From Candidatus Multivoradales bacterium (GTDB lineage: Bacteria; Acidobacteriota; Thermoanaerobaculia; Multivoradales; Multivoraceae): DNA of 64,000 nucleotides. The position numbers were made by a program, and so were the translations under genes. A model generated the notes under the pieces. The model was not told the origin of the DNA. It made no database searches and saw nothing but the letters and a program-made list of their open reading frames with translations. The number at the start of each line of letters is the position of its first letter. Within the stretch, counting starts at the first letter, position 1. Location: assembly GCA_965223325.1 (NCBI GenBank), contig CBDCWI010000001.1:576001-640000 (forward strand). Reading direction: 5' to 3'. This document shows positions 1 through 8,537 of this stretch, piece after piece.

Positions 1-1
1 G

Positions 2-358
2 ACGCTCATCGAGGGAGCGCGCGGCAGCGACATTCTCTTCCACGACACCATGGCCGAAGGGATCCTTCAGACCATGGAGGGCGCCTTTCGTGCGGCGGGC
101 AACGAACGCACCGCCAAGATCGTTCTCGACGTCCAGGACTACCACGCAACGGTTCAAGAAGTCGCCGAGACGGCGACCGCTGCCGGAGTCAAGATGACCG
201 TCTTCTACCACCTGGTGCCCAACCCGGCGAACCCAATGGTGCTCGCGGGGTTCCGCGCCGGCGCGCCAGAGAACACGGTCATCGCAGCAGACGGCATGCT
301 CTTTACACTCGCCAAGGATGGTGAAGAGATCGAACGGACGACTCTTTTCGAGCGTTGA
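2..358 (+). CDS. MBL-fold metallo-hydrolase (RNase Z/arylsulfatase-like), 3' part only
   Basis: Frame is open from base 2 (TLIEGARGSDILFHDT...). The DILFHD, YH and FYHLVP motifs are typical of the C-terminal half of RNase Z-like MBL enzymes. Confidence 0.7.
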   Translation, partial: TLIEGARGSDILFHDTMAEGILQTMEGAFRAAGNERTAKIVLDVQDYHATVQEVAETATAAGVKMTVFYHLVPNPANPMVLAGFRAGAPENTVIAADGMLFTLAKDGEEIERTTLFER

Positions 359-442
359 TGGCGCGATCCAAGAGCAAGAACTCAGTCGGGCGACCGGTTC
401 TGCTTTCGTGGGTCTGCGTCTTCGTGCGACAATGCGCCCGCC

Positions 443-1342
443 GTGCGGTCACTCTTCACACGAATCCTTCGCGAGCCCCTGGGGCTCTTCCTCATCCTCG
501 GGGGCGCCCTGTTCCTGGCCGACCGCTGGTGGGGCAGTCGCGGAGCGGAGGTCGTGGAGATCGACCCTGCGGCCATCGAACGGCTGGCAACGCTCTGGCA
601 AGCCCAGGCCGGGCGGCTGCCGAGCGAGGACGAAATGGCATTCCTGGTCGACGACTGGGTTCGGGAAGAAGTGCTCTACCGCGAGGCCAAGAGTCTCGGG
701 CTCGACCGTGACGACGTCATCGTGCGCCGGCGGCTGGCACAGAAGATGAGCTTCCTGATCGAAGATGGCCTGGGCGACCTCACCCCGTCCGACGAGGAGA
801 TCGTCGCGTTGTGGCAGGCGAACCAGGCGCGCTACGTCGAGCCGGCGCGCTACACCTTTGCACACATCTATCTCTCGGCTGACAACCATCCCGACCTGGA
901 GGCCGATGCCCTCGCGCTGCTCGCCGAGCTCGGAGATTCTGGAGACGGCGGCGCCTGGCGACAGCTCGGTGACCCCTTCATGCTGGCGCGCGAGTATGCC
1001 GAGCGTAATCAACAAGAAGTCGCGGAACTCTTCGGGGGCAGCTTCGCGGCCGCACTGGACGACCTCCCGGTTGGCAGCTGGAGCGGCCCGGTCGAGTCGG
1101 CCTACGGTGGGCACCTGGTGCGGCTGCACAAACGCTCCCCAGAGCGTCGGCTTCCCCTCGAGGAGGCGCGCGCTCGGGTGGTGGCTGACTGGACCGAGCG
1201 CGAGGCCAGCCGCGCGGAAGGTGAGGCCTACGCCAGGATTCGTTCGCGCTATCGGGTGCTTCTGCCCGACGGCACTCCGGTTGGTGAGTCACCTTCCGAG
1301 CTTGAAGAGGCCGAACCCACGGCACCTGCCCGAGAGCCGTGA
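443..1342 (+). CDS. PpiC/parvulin-type peptidyl-prolyl isomerase-like protein
   Basis: N-terminal 'REPL..FL..GG.LF' anchor, 'EEVLYREA..LGLD..D..VRRRL.QKM' and 'W.GPVES.YG.HLV' motifs. Confidence 0.85.
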   Translation: MRSLFTRILREPLGLFLILGGALFLADRWWGSRGAEVVEIDPAAIERLATLWQAQAGRLPSEDEMAFLVDDWVREEVLYREAKSLGLDRDDVIVRRRLAQKMSFLIEDGLGDLTPSDEEIVALWQANQARYVEPARYTFAHIYLSADNHPDLEADALALLAELGDSGDGGAWRQLGDPFMLAREYAERNQQEVAELFGGSFAAALDDLPVGSWSGPVESAYGGHLVRLHKRSPERRLPLEEARARVVADWTEREASRAEGEAYARIRSRYRVLLPDGTPVGESPSELEEAEPTAPAREP

Positions 1343-2415
1343 CTACCCGTCGCATTGCGGGAATATGTCTCGTCTGGACGGCCCTGGCGCTCTTACCCGC
1401 GAGCGCGCATGAGGTGCGGCCGGGCTATCTCGAGATCCGCGCGGAGAGCGGTTCCGACACCTTGCCCTCGGTGTGGCGCGTGCGCTTCAAACAACCGCTC
1501 CAGGGTGACCGCTACCTCAATCTCATCCCGCGCCTGCCGGCGGACTGCTCGCTCGCAAACAGCGGCCCGCCGATCGTCGGCACCGGCTTCGTCACCGAAC
1601 GGTTCCTCCTGACCTGCGAGGGCGACCTCTCGTCGGGAGAGCTTTCGATCGAGGGGCTCGACCGCACCCTGACCGATGTCCTGGTGCGCATCGAGGGGCC
1701 TTCGGGCGAGGCACGCACCTGGGTCCTGCGGCCCGAGAAAGCGGGAATGTCGCTGGCGAGTGACGGCACCCCAGGGACGCGGGCCTACCTGCGGCTTGGT
1801 GTCGAGCACCTGGTGTTCGGCATCGACCATGTTCTGTTCGTACTCGGGCTGCTGTTGTTGGTCAAGACGCCGGGCCGTCTGCTGGGGGTTGTGACCTCCT
1901 TCACGGTCGCACACAGCATTACGCTCGCGCTCTCGTCGCTCGGCCTGGTAACCCTCCGGCCGCGCCCCGTCGAGGCGGTGATCGCACTCAGCATTCTCTT
2001 CCTGGCCGTGGAGCTCGTCCACAGCCAGCGCACGGCTGGAGAAGGAAAGGCGACGCGCCGAGCGAAGACGACGGATGGCAACGAGCGTTCGCGCGCACGA
2101 GACACCCGGCTCATGCAGCGTGCGCCATGGCTCCTGTCCTTTGGCTTTGGCCTATTGCACGGCTTCGGCTTTGCCGGCGCGCTGGGTGAGATCGGCTTGC
2201 CTCCGAACGCGGTGGCTGCGGCGCTCTTTCTGTTCAACGTCGGCGTGGAGCTCGGGCAGCTGATGGTCCTGGCGGCGGCCGGGCTCGTCTACCTTGCCCT
2301 ACGCCGACTGCTTCCCCAGGGCGTGCTGATTCCCCGGCTGGCGGCCTGGGGACTGGGGATCGTGTCGGCCTGGTGGTTCGTGGAACGAACCGCCCTGATC
2401 TTCATGCAGACCTAG
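1339..2415 (+). CDS. HupE/UreJ family membrane protein
   Basis: Signal peptide ending AH. Motifs 'G.EH...G.DH.LF', 'FT.AHS.TL', 'FGLLHG.GFA' and 'FN.GVE.GQ'. GTGA overlap with the upstream gene. Confidence 0.9.
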   Translation: MTTRRIAGICLVWTALALLPASAHEVRPGYLEIRAESGSDTLPSVWRVRFKQPLQGDRYLNLIPRLPADCSLANSGPPIVGTGFVTERFLLTCEGDLSSGELSIEGLDRTLTDVLVRIEGPSGEARTWVLRPEKAGMSLASDGTPGTRAYLRLGVEHLVFGIDHVLFVLGLLLLVKTPGRLLGVVTSFTVAHSITLALSSLGLVTLRPRPVEAVIALSILFLAVELVHSQRTAGEGKATRRAKTTDGNERSRARDTRLMQRAPWLLSFGFGLLHGFGFAGALGEIGLPPNAVAAALFLFNVGVELGQLMVLAAAGLVYLALRRLLPQGVLIPRLAAWGLGIVSAWWFVERTALIFMQT

Positions 2416-2445
2416 AGGGCGGCGGCGGCGCGCAGGCTTCGGCTC

Positions 2446-3423
2446 TCAGCTCAGGATCCAGGCGATCGAACCGCCCACCACTGCGGCGAGCAGGAGGGCG
2501 GCGCCGAAGGCAACCTCTGACCCCACGAGGTGCAATTGCATCGGCCCCGGCGAGGCCGGGGCTCTTTCGTCAGGCCACTCTTCCTCGAGAAGGAGAGGCG
2601 AGGAACCAATGGGACTGTTGTCGAGCAGGTCGGTCTGGTCCAGACGGTCGGCTGCGTAGCCGGCGAGCTCGAGGGCACGAGTGTCCATTTGCGTGCGCTC
2701 CGGAAGCACTCCCGTTTCTTCTAGAGCTGCTTCGATGGCCGCCCGGTGGGCAAGCGAAACGACCGCTGGCGAGTCCGAAGATTGCGACTGCGAAGAGAAA
2801 ACGGCAGAGCGAACGGTTTCTGGATCGCGCGTGGCGGCAGCGCGGAGGAAGGCGTGGGCGTCAGCGATCTCTGAAGTCGGTAGCCGAAGGTAGGAACGCA
2901 TCGCAGCGGCGACGTCGGCCGGTGAACCGATGGCGACCAGGGCCTCGCGGGCAACCATGCGAGTCTGGGGATCAGGGTGGTCGAGTGCCGGGAGGAGTCC
3001 GCGGCGGGCATCGTCACCGCCGCACTCGCCGAGGCCCCAAAGCCCGTGCAGGCGGACCGCTCGCAGGGGCGAGGCCGCCAGGCGCCGAAGACGCTTGACC
3101 TCACCGAAGGCGGCCAGGGCGTCGCTGATCGACTCGCCGGCACGCCCCTTGACCCGCAGGCGCGCAGTGCGCAGAACCGTCATGACGGAGTGGCGACCAA
3201 ACTCCTCGATTGCCTCCATGACGGCAAAGGAGAGTTTGTCGTTGCCGATCAGGTAGGGCGACAGTGCTTCGCCCGCTGCAACCGCCTGGCTCGCCCAATT
3301 GTGGCGGTAGCGGCGTACGACGATCAGATAAACGGCGACGGTCAGGCAGGCGACGACGGTCGCGATCACGGGCCCGAGTAACGTGTTGGGGATCGTGGCG
3401 AGGAGGGTGGCAAGAGCTGTCAT
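2446..3423 (-). CDS. HEAT-repeat membrane protein
   Basis: The ATG at 3423 overlaps the stop of the upstream receiver gene (ATGA). N- and C-terminal TM segments and HEAT-like helices 'LLPALDHPDPQTRMVAREAL'. Confidence 0.65.
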   Translation of the reverse strand: MTALATLLATIPNTLLGPVIATVVACLTVAVYLIVVRRYRHNWASQAVAAGEALSPYLIGNDKLSFAVMEAIEEFGRHSVMTVLRTARLRVKGRAGESISDALAAFGEVKRLRRLAASPLRAVRLHGLWGLGECGGDDARRGLLPALDHPDPQTRMVAREALVAIGSPADVAAAMRSYLRLPTSEIADAHAFLRAAATRDPETVRSAVFSSQSQSSDSPAVVSLAHRAAIEAALEETGVLPERTQMDTRALELAGYAADRLDQTDLLDNSPIGSSPLLLEEEWPDERAPASPGPMQLHLVGSEVAFGAALLLAAVVGGSIAWILS

Positions 3424-3935
3424 TGGGCTCTCCGCTGCCGCTGTCCTTCGACAACCGCTCGCGCACAGTCCGCCACCGCTTCGGGGTCGAACGGCTTGGT
3501 AAAGAAATCGTCGGCACCGAGCGCTCTGACCTCGCCTTCGATCGCCGGTGACAGCGAAGTGACCACAACGGAGCTGATGTCTTGTCCTGCGGCACCAAGG
3601 CGTCGAAGAACGCGGGCCCCGTGCAACAGGGGAAGCTCGAGCTCGAGCACCATGACATCGATCGCCATGTCGAAGCACAGACGCAGCGCCTCCTCGCCGT
3701 CGCTGACCCATCGAACCCCGAGACCGCGTGACTCGAGCGCCGCCTTCTGAATCGAAGCCGTCAAACGATGCGGCTCGACCAGGAGAACACGACCGACGAG
3801 GAGGCCGGTCGAGGGGGGAGAGTCGAAAGAGATTTCGCGGGACAAGGGGTCTTCTTGCTCGGTGGGGTCCGAGACAGCCGGGCTCGAGGGACGGTCAGAG
3901 AAGCGAGTGGCGCGGCGGGGCTGTCGGTAAGTCAA
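3420..3935 (-). CDS. Single-domain response regulator (atypical receiver); start uncertain
   Basis: REC fold pattern: RVLLVE, DGEEAL, VLELELP..HG, GADDFFTKPF. Confidence 0.8.
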   Translation of the reverse strand: MTYRQPRRATRFSDRPSSPAVSDPTEQEDPLSREISFDSPPSTGLLVGRVLLVEPHRLTASIQKAALESRGLGVRWVSDGEEALRLCFDMAIDVMVLELELPLLHGARVLRRLGAAGQDISSVVVTSLSPAIEGEVRALGADDFFTKPFDPEAVADCARAVVEGQRQRRAQ

Positions 3936-4123
3936 TCGATCGGTCGGAGAAGCAGCAAGACCCTTGCCAGAGAAAGAGTAGGTATCTAGGCCCTACCGGC
4001 CCCACATGAACCAGCCTTCGCAAGAAAGCTCACATTGGCGTCCGCCCGAGAGACCGTCGATGTTTCAGCCGGAAACAGGTGGGCCGATGCACGCGACCAA
4101 GCAGCGCGTGCCATCATCGCGGG

Positions 4124-4924
4124 GTGAGCGAAACGCCCTGGGATGCGGCCCAGTACCTGCGGTTCGGCGATCATCGTCGTCGCCCCGGACGCGACCTGTT
4201 GGCCCAGGTCCCGCCGGTCAACGCGAGAGTTGTATGGGATCTTGGCTGTGGAACCGGCGAGCTGACCGTCGAGCTAGCGGAGCGTTTTCCCGAAGCAAGG
4301 GTGCGCGGAGTCGACCGCTCCCTGAGCATGCTCGAGAAGGCTGCCGCGCTCGAGGGTCATCACGAGACCCGCCTGAGCTGGCACCAGCGAGACATCACCC
4401 ACTGGCTCAGCGAGCCGGACGACGCCACCCCACCCGACCTGGTCTTCTCGAACGCGGCCTTCCACTGGCTCGAGGACCACCCCGGACTGCTTCAGGGAAT
4501 CACGCGGTGCCTCGCCCCGGGTGGCGTCCTGGCGTTCCAGATCCCACTCACCCACCATCAACCGTCGCACCGCCTGATGCGCGACGTCCTGGTCGACCTC
4601 GGGCTGGCAGATCCGCAACTCATTCGCGAGCTCGAGCGTCGTCACGTCCTGGAACCCGAGGGTTACCTCGAGCTGCTGCGCACCGAAACCGTCACCCAGA
4701 ACGTCTGGACAACCACCTACTACCAGCAACTAACCGGTGAAAACGCCGTCCTCCAGTTCGTCGAGTCCACCGGTCTCCGTCCCGTCCTCCAGGCCCTCAA
4801 CGACAAGCAACAGGCAGCCTTCCTCCCGTCGTACGAGGCCAGGCTGCGAGAAGCCTACCCACCAACCGGCCCCGTCACGACTTTCCCCGTCAAGCGCCTC
4901 TTCGCCGTCGCCACCAACCCGTAA
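4124..4924 (+). CDS. tam: Trans-aconitate 2-methyltransferase-like SAM methyltransferase
   Basis: 'WDAAQYLRFGDHRRRP..DLL', 'DLGCGTG', 'FSNAAFHW', 'TGLRP' and 'FP.KRLF.VA'. GTG start chosen at 4124. Confidence 0.85.
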   Translation: MSETPWDAAQYLRFGDHRRRPGRDLLAQVPPVNARVVWDLGCGTGELTVELAERFPEARVRGVDRSLSMLEKAAALEGHHETRLSWHQRDITHWLSEPDDATPPDLVFSNAAFHWLEDHPGLLQGITRCLAPGGVLAFQIPLTHHQPSHRLMRDVLVDLGLADPQLIRELERRHVLEPEGYLELLRTETVTQNVWTTTYYQQLTGENAVLQFVESTGLRPVLQALNDKQQAAFLPSYEARLREAYPPTGPVTTFPVKRLFAVATNP

Positions 4925-4927
4925 CCA

Positions 4928-4980
4928 CACCCAGTCGGGGCGACTTCCCCGCCACCCCCACCACCCAGTCGGGGCGACTT
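4928..4980 (+). repeat. Two copies of REP-like motif CACCCAGTCGGGGCGACTT (4928-4946, 4962-4980)
   Basis: Exact 19-nt direct repeats, each with an internal hairpin AGTCG-GGG-CGACT. Confidence 0.9.
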
Positions 4981-5179
4981 TTCAGACGGCATGGCGGCTG
5001 GCGGCCTCGACATGCCACCCACCTCGCCGCTACCTCCTCTCCAGCCCCCCAAACTCGCCTTCAACGGCGCCAAAACCCGCGCCGCGCAGCGTCACTCTGG
5101 CGCCCAGACACACCTCCGCCGTCTCCGCCAGCCGGCGGCGTCAGAGCCCCTTCGGACCAATCAGCTAGCGCCCCCTACT

Positions 5180-6139
5180 TCAGGGGCCCGCACGCAGCGC
5201 CGGCACCCCTTCGTAGGGCCGAGGACTCGGAAACGTATCCGCAGGAAACTTCACATCCAGCTCTCCTGCCCGTTGACGTTCCCGCGCCAGACGATGTGCT
5301 CTCGTGACCCAGTCGAAAGCCGCCAGCAGGCGCTCGCGCTCCTCCTTGTTTCTGGCAATCACCCGCGGGCGCGCACCCAAGGCCATCGCCTTGGGTGTTC
5401 TGAAGGGACTCAAGCGAGACAATCTCCACTGACCCTGCGGCCTGGTGCCCTCCCTTTGATGGCGTGCACGCGTCTTCTCTTCGATGTCGACAATCATCTG
5501 CCGCGCCCACGCGCAGTAGTCCTCGTCACTCAGGTGGTCAAGGCCGGGCAGCTTCGAGAGAAACACGGTCTCCTCGACTTTGAAGTCTTCCACCGTAAGG
5601 CGCCGGCCGGCACGAGTCCGCTTTGCACGACTGAGGGCTGTGCGATCAATCCACTTGCCTTGGAGCTCCAGTTTGCCGTCCCACAACGCCGCCCCGGCGC
5701 TGACGCCAGGCCATTTGCGTGGCGACGACACCAACCCAGCCTCGCAGCCCTGGGCCAGCACGTAGCGGAACCGCCGGGCCAGGTCGGCGGGGTCGCGACC
5801 AGGGAACGACGGCTTGTAGGGCGTTTCCCATTTCGGGCCTTTCCAGCCACGGGTGATCCGTAGCTCAACGCTGGTCTTGTGCTGGACGTGGTACATGAAC
5901 TCGGCCATCTGCTCCGCATTGCGCACGCCCAGCAGCATGTGGTGATGGTTGGCCTGGTAGTCCGGAAGGTAGATGCGCGCCCCGGTCAGGCGCTGCGCGC
6001 GTCCGATGATCCCCAGGAGGTTCTCTCTGAGCTCGGAGGACGGTGCGAGGAGGAACGTGCCGTTGGTGCAACGGGCACACACCTCGACCACTGTCCAGCC
6101 GCTCTCATCTGGCGGTACGTAGCGAATTTGGTGGCTCAT
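5180..6139 (-). mobile_element. HuH Y1 transposase, REP-associated tyrosine transposase (RAYT)/IS200-like
   Basis: HuH motif 'ANHHHMLL', 'GWKGPKWE..Y', catalytic-Tyr region 'RYVLAQG.EAGLV..P..WPG' and C-terminal 'FP..TF'. ATG at 6139. Confidence 0.85.
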
Positions 6140-6246
6140 ACCTATAGAAGATGGTGAAACCCTGCGAACCCTTACAGAGGCAGTGAAGAAGCCCGCCCGC
6201 CAACGCCAAGGCGAGACGAACCGGCGACCCATAGGTGGTGGTCGGA

Positions 6247-6337
6247 AAGTCGCCCCGACTGGGTGCTGTCGGGCGGGCGGGCGGGCGTTGCCGGTTGCCT
6301 ACCCACGGGTTGGCGTGGGAAAGTCGCCCCGACTGGG
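6247..6337 (-). repeat. Two inverted copies of the same REP-like motif (6247-6265, 6321-6337)
   Basis: AAGTCGCCCCGACTGGGTG is the exact reverse complement of the left motif. The second copy matches over 17 nt. Confidence 0.9.
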
Positions 6338-6399
6338 CAGCCAGCTGGGAGAGGCGGGCGCTTGGCGCGCTCGTCTTGACGCCACGCAAGGGGGAAACG

Positions 6400-7032
6400 A
6401 TGCCGGAGATCAAGCTCTACGAACTGGGGCCGACGCGGTCTGCGCGCTGTCGGTGGGCGCTGCTCGAGGCTGGTCTCGAGTTCGAATCACTTGGGAACAC
6501 TCCCGGCATCATCGGAAGTGATGAGCTCAAGCAGGTGCATCCGCTTGGCAAGTTGCCGGCGGCGATCGTTGACGGGCGACCGCTGTTCGAATCCGCTGCG
6601 ATCGCCACCGCGGTTGCTGATCTGGTTCCGAAAAGGCAACTGGTCGCCGCTCCGGGGACCTGGGCACGTGCCCTTCACGACCAATGGGTGCTGTTTGCCT
6701 TGACCGAGATGGAGTCTTGGGTCTGGACGTCTGAACTCAACACGACGGACTTCGTGATGGCGAAAGAGCATCACGTTCCCGACATCATCCCGCAATGCGA
6801 GATGATGTACCGCCGCGGCGCAGCGGTCCTCGACGCTGTTCTTGCGGAGACGCCGTTTCTGATCGATGGCCGATTCAGTGTCACCGACATCATCGTTGGA
6901 TACACCGTCAGCTTCGGACAGGAGCTCGGATGGACGGACGAGTGCCCCAACCTCCTGGCCTACCTCCACCGGTTGCTAGCACGCGAGCACTGCACCCTCG
7001 TCCTTCACGACCCTGCCGATCGGAAACACTAG
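6400..7032 (+). CDS. Glutathione S-transferase family protein
   Basis: 'RSARCRWAL.E', 'HPLGKLP', 'LFESAAI' and 'FSVTDI'. G-rich RBS before ATG 6400. Confidence 0.9.
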   Translation: MPEIKLYELGPTRSARCRWALLEAGLEFESLGNTPGIIGSDELKQVHPLGKLPAAIVDGRPLFESAAIATAVADLVPKRQLVAAPGTWARALHDQWVLFALTEMESWVWTSELNTTDFVMAKEHHVPDIIPQCEMMYRRGAAVLDAVLAETPFLIDGRFSVTDIIVGYTVSFGQELGWTDECPNLLAYLHRLLAREHCTLVLHDPADRKH

Positions 7033-7059
7033 CTGGGACCTGACCGGCAAAAGATCACC

Positions 7060-7785
7060 TCCATCGAAGCCAAGGTCCGCCGCGCGCGACGGATCGAGGT
7101 AGCCCCAAAACGCATCGTCAGGGCCGAGCACCTGCCGCGGGCGGCCCGCGCATCGGACCGCTTGCGCGGCCCTGGGTGACACTAGCGCGCCCCGTGGTAA
7201 ACGTCCTGGAGAGATCGAAAGGTCGCTCAACCGACGGTATCGCAAACCGAAACAAGGCCCGCCACACAGAGGCCGAAAACCAAAACAGGGCGAGAGCAAC
7301 CGTTCCATCGAAGCCAAGGTCCGCCGCGCGCGACGGATCGAGGTAGCCCCAAAACGCATCGTCAGGGCCGAGCACCTGCCGCGGGCGGCCCGCGCATCGG
7401 ACCGCTTGCGCGGCCCTGGGTGACACTAGCGCGCCCCGTGGTAAACGTCCTGGAGAGATTGAAAGGTCGCTCAACCGATGGTATCGCAAACCGAAACAAC
7501 GGCCCGCCACACAGAGGCCGAAAACCGAAACAGGGCGAGAGCAACCGTTCCATCGAAGCCAAGGTCCGCCGCGCGCGACGGATCGAGGTAGCCCCAAAAC
7601 GCATCGTCAGGGCCGAGCACATGCCGCGGGCGGCCCGCGCATCGGACCGCTTGCGCGGCCCTGGGTGACACTAGCGCGCCCCGTGGCAAACGTCCTGGAG
7701 AGATTGAAAGGTCGCTCAACCGACGGTATCGCCAACCGAAACAACGGCCCGCCACACAGAGGCCGAAAACCACGGGGCGCGCTAG
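7060..7785. repeat. Tandem array of a 244-245-bp unit (about 2.9 copies; starts 7060, 7304, 7549)
   Basis: Near-identical units beginning TCCATCGAAGCCAAGG, with only a few substitutions or 1-nt indels. Confidence 0.95.
7671..7785. mobile_element. Candidate 115-bp MITE with 16/17-bp terminal inverted repeats ending in CTAG
   Basis: CTAGCGCGCCCCGTGG(C) at 7671 and ACCACGGGGCGCGCTAG at 7769-7785. Confidence 0.6.
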
Positions 7786-8363
7786 AACTTCATTCCAAGG
7801 CCGACCGACATGCGGTTGCCGCTGGTGTAGCTCGCGCCTGGCGACGGGCGAAAGAAGACGCGCTCGAGGTCGGCGACCAGACCGAACTTCGAGCGCAGGG
7901 CTTCTACCGAAACTCCTACGCCCCAGGTTTCGTTCTCGGTCGAATCCGGTGCATTGACGTTCAACAACAGGTTGATGTCAGGACGGACCGCATAGCCAAC
8001 GCGCACGGTGCCGAAGAAGCCGTCTTTCGACCACGACTCCGTTTCCTGGCGGACGTAGTTGCCGCGGAAGCCGTACAGAAAGCCACCGCGCTCGCGCCGG
8101 TACTCGAGGCTCGAACCCCAGAACAGCGCAGACTTGCCGCTGACCTTCTGACCCTGAGTCGCAACCGTGCAGACGATGAATCGACCGCTCCGAGCGCGGC
8201 CCTCGATTCCCATGTTGGCGCCATCGACACCGAGGCCGCTCGAGGTTCCGATGCGTCCGAAGACGTGGAAGTCTGCGGCGGAGGCGCTGGTCGCTGAGAC
8301 GAAGGCCCCAGCAATCACGCAGGCGAGGACGAGCAACACGAACGGGCGCAAAGTGGGCGACAT
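7782..8363 (-). CDS. Putative small outer-membrane beta-barrel protein
   Basis: Signal peptide (ASA-A), amphipathic strands and C-terminal 'VGLGMKF'. RBS GGGAGG before ATG 8363. Confidence 0.6.
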   Translation of the reverse strand: MSPTLRPFVLLVLACVIAGAFVSATSASAADFHVFGRIGTSSGLGVDGANMGIEGRARSGRFIVCTVATQGQKVSGKSALFWGSSLEYRRERGGFLYGFRGNYVRQETESWSKDGFFGTVRVGYAVRPDINLLLNVNAPDSTENETWGVGVSVEALRSKFGLVADLERVFFRPSPGASYTSGNRMSVGLGMKF

Positions 8364-8537
8364 GGGCGGTGAGCCTCCCTGAACCGCGAACTGCGGTTCC
8401 TCCGAAAGCGCATCAGGAAATGCAAAGGGCAGAAAGAGTCTTTGTACTCTGTTGCCTCGCCGCCCGAAAGGCAAACAGTTATCCATTAATAATCAGCAAA
8501 CTATTTCTATTGCGATTCACAATGAATTTTTATGCCA

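Noticed and set aside
2446-3711. 421-aa ORF as listed
   Set aside because: The N-terminal extension overlaps the receiver gene in another frame. The ATGA-coupled start at 3423 is more plausible.
7060-7785. CRISPR array, or ORFs inside the tandem repeat
   Set aside because: The whole 245-bp unit repeats with no unique spacers, no cas genes are present, and the period is not divisible by 3.
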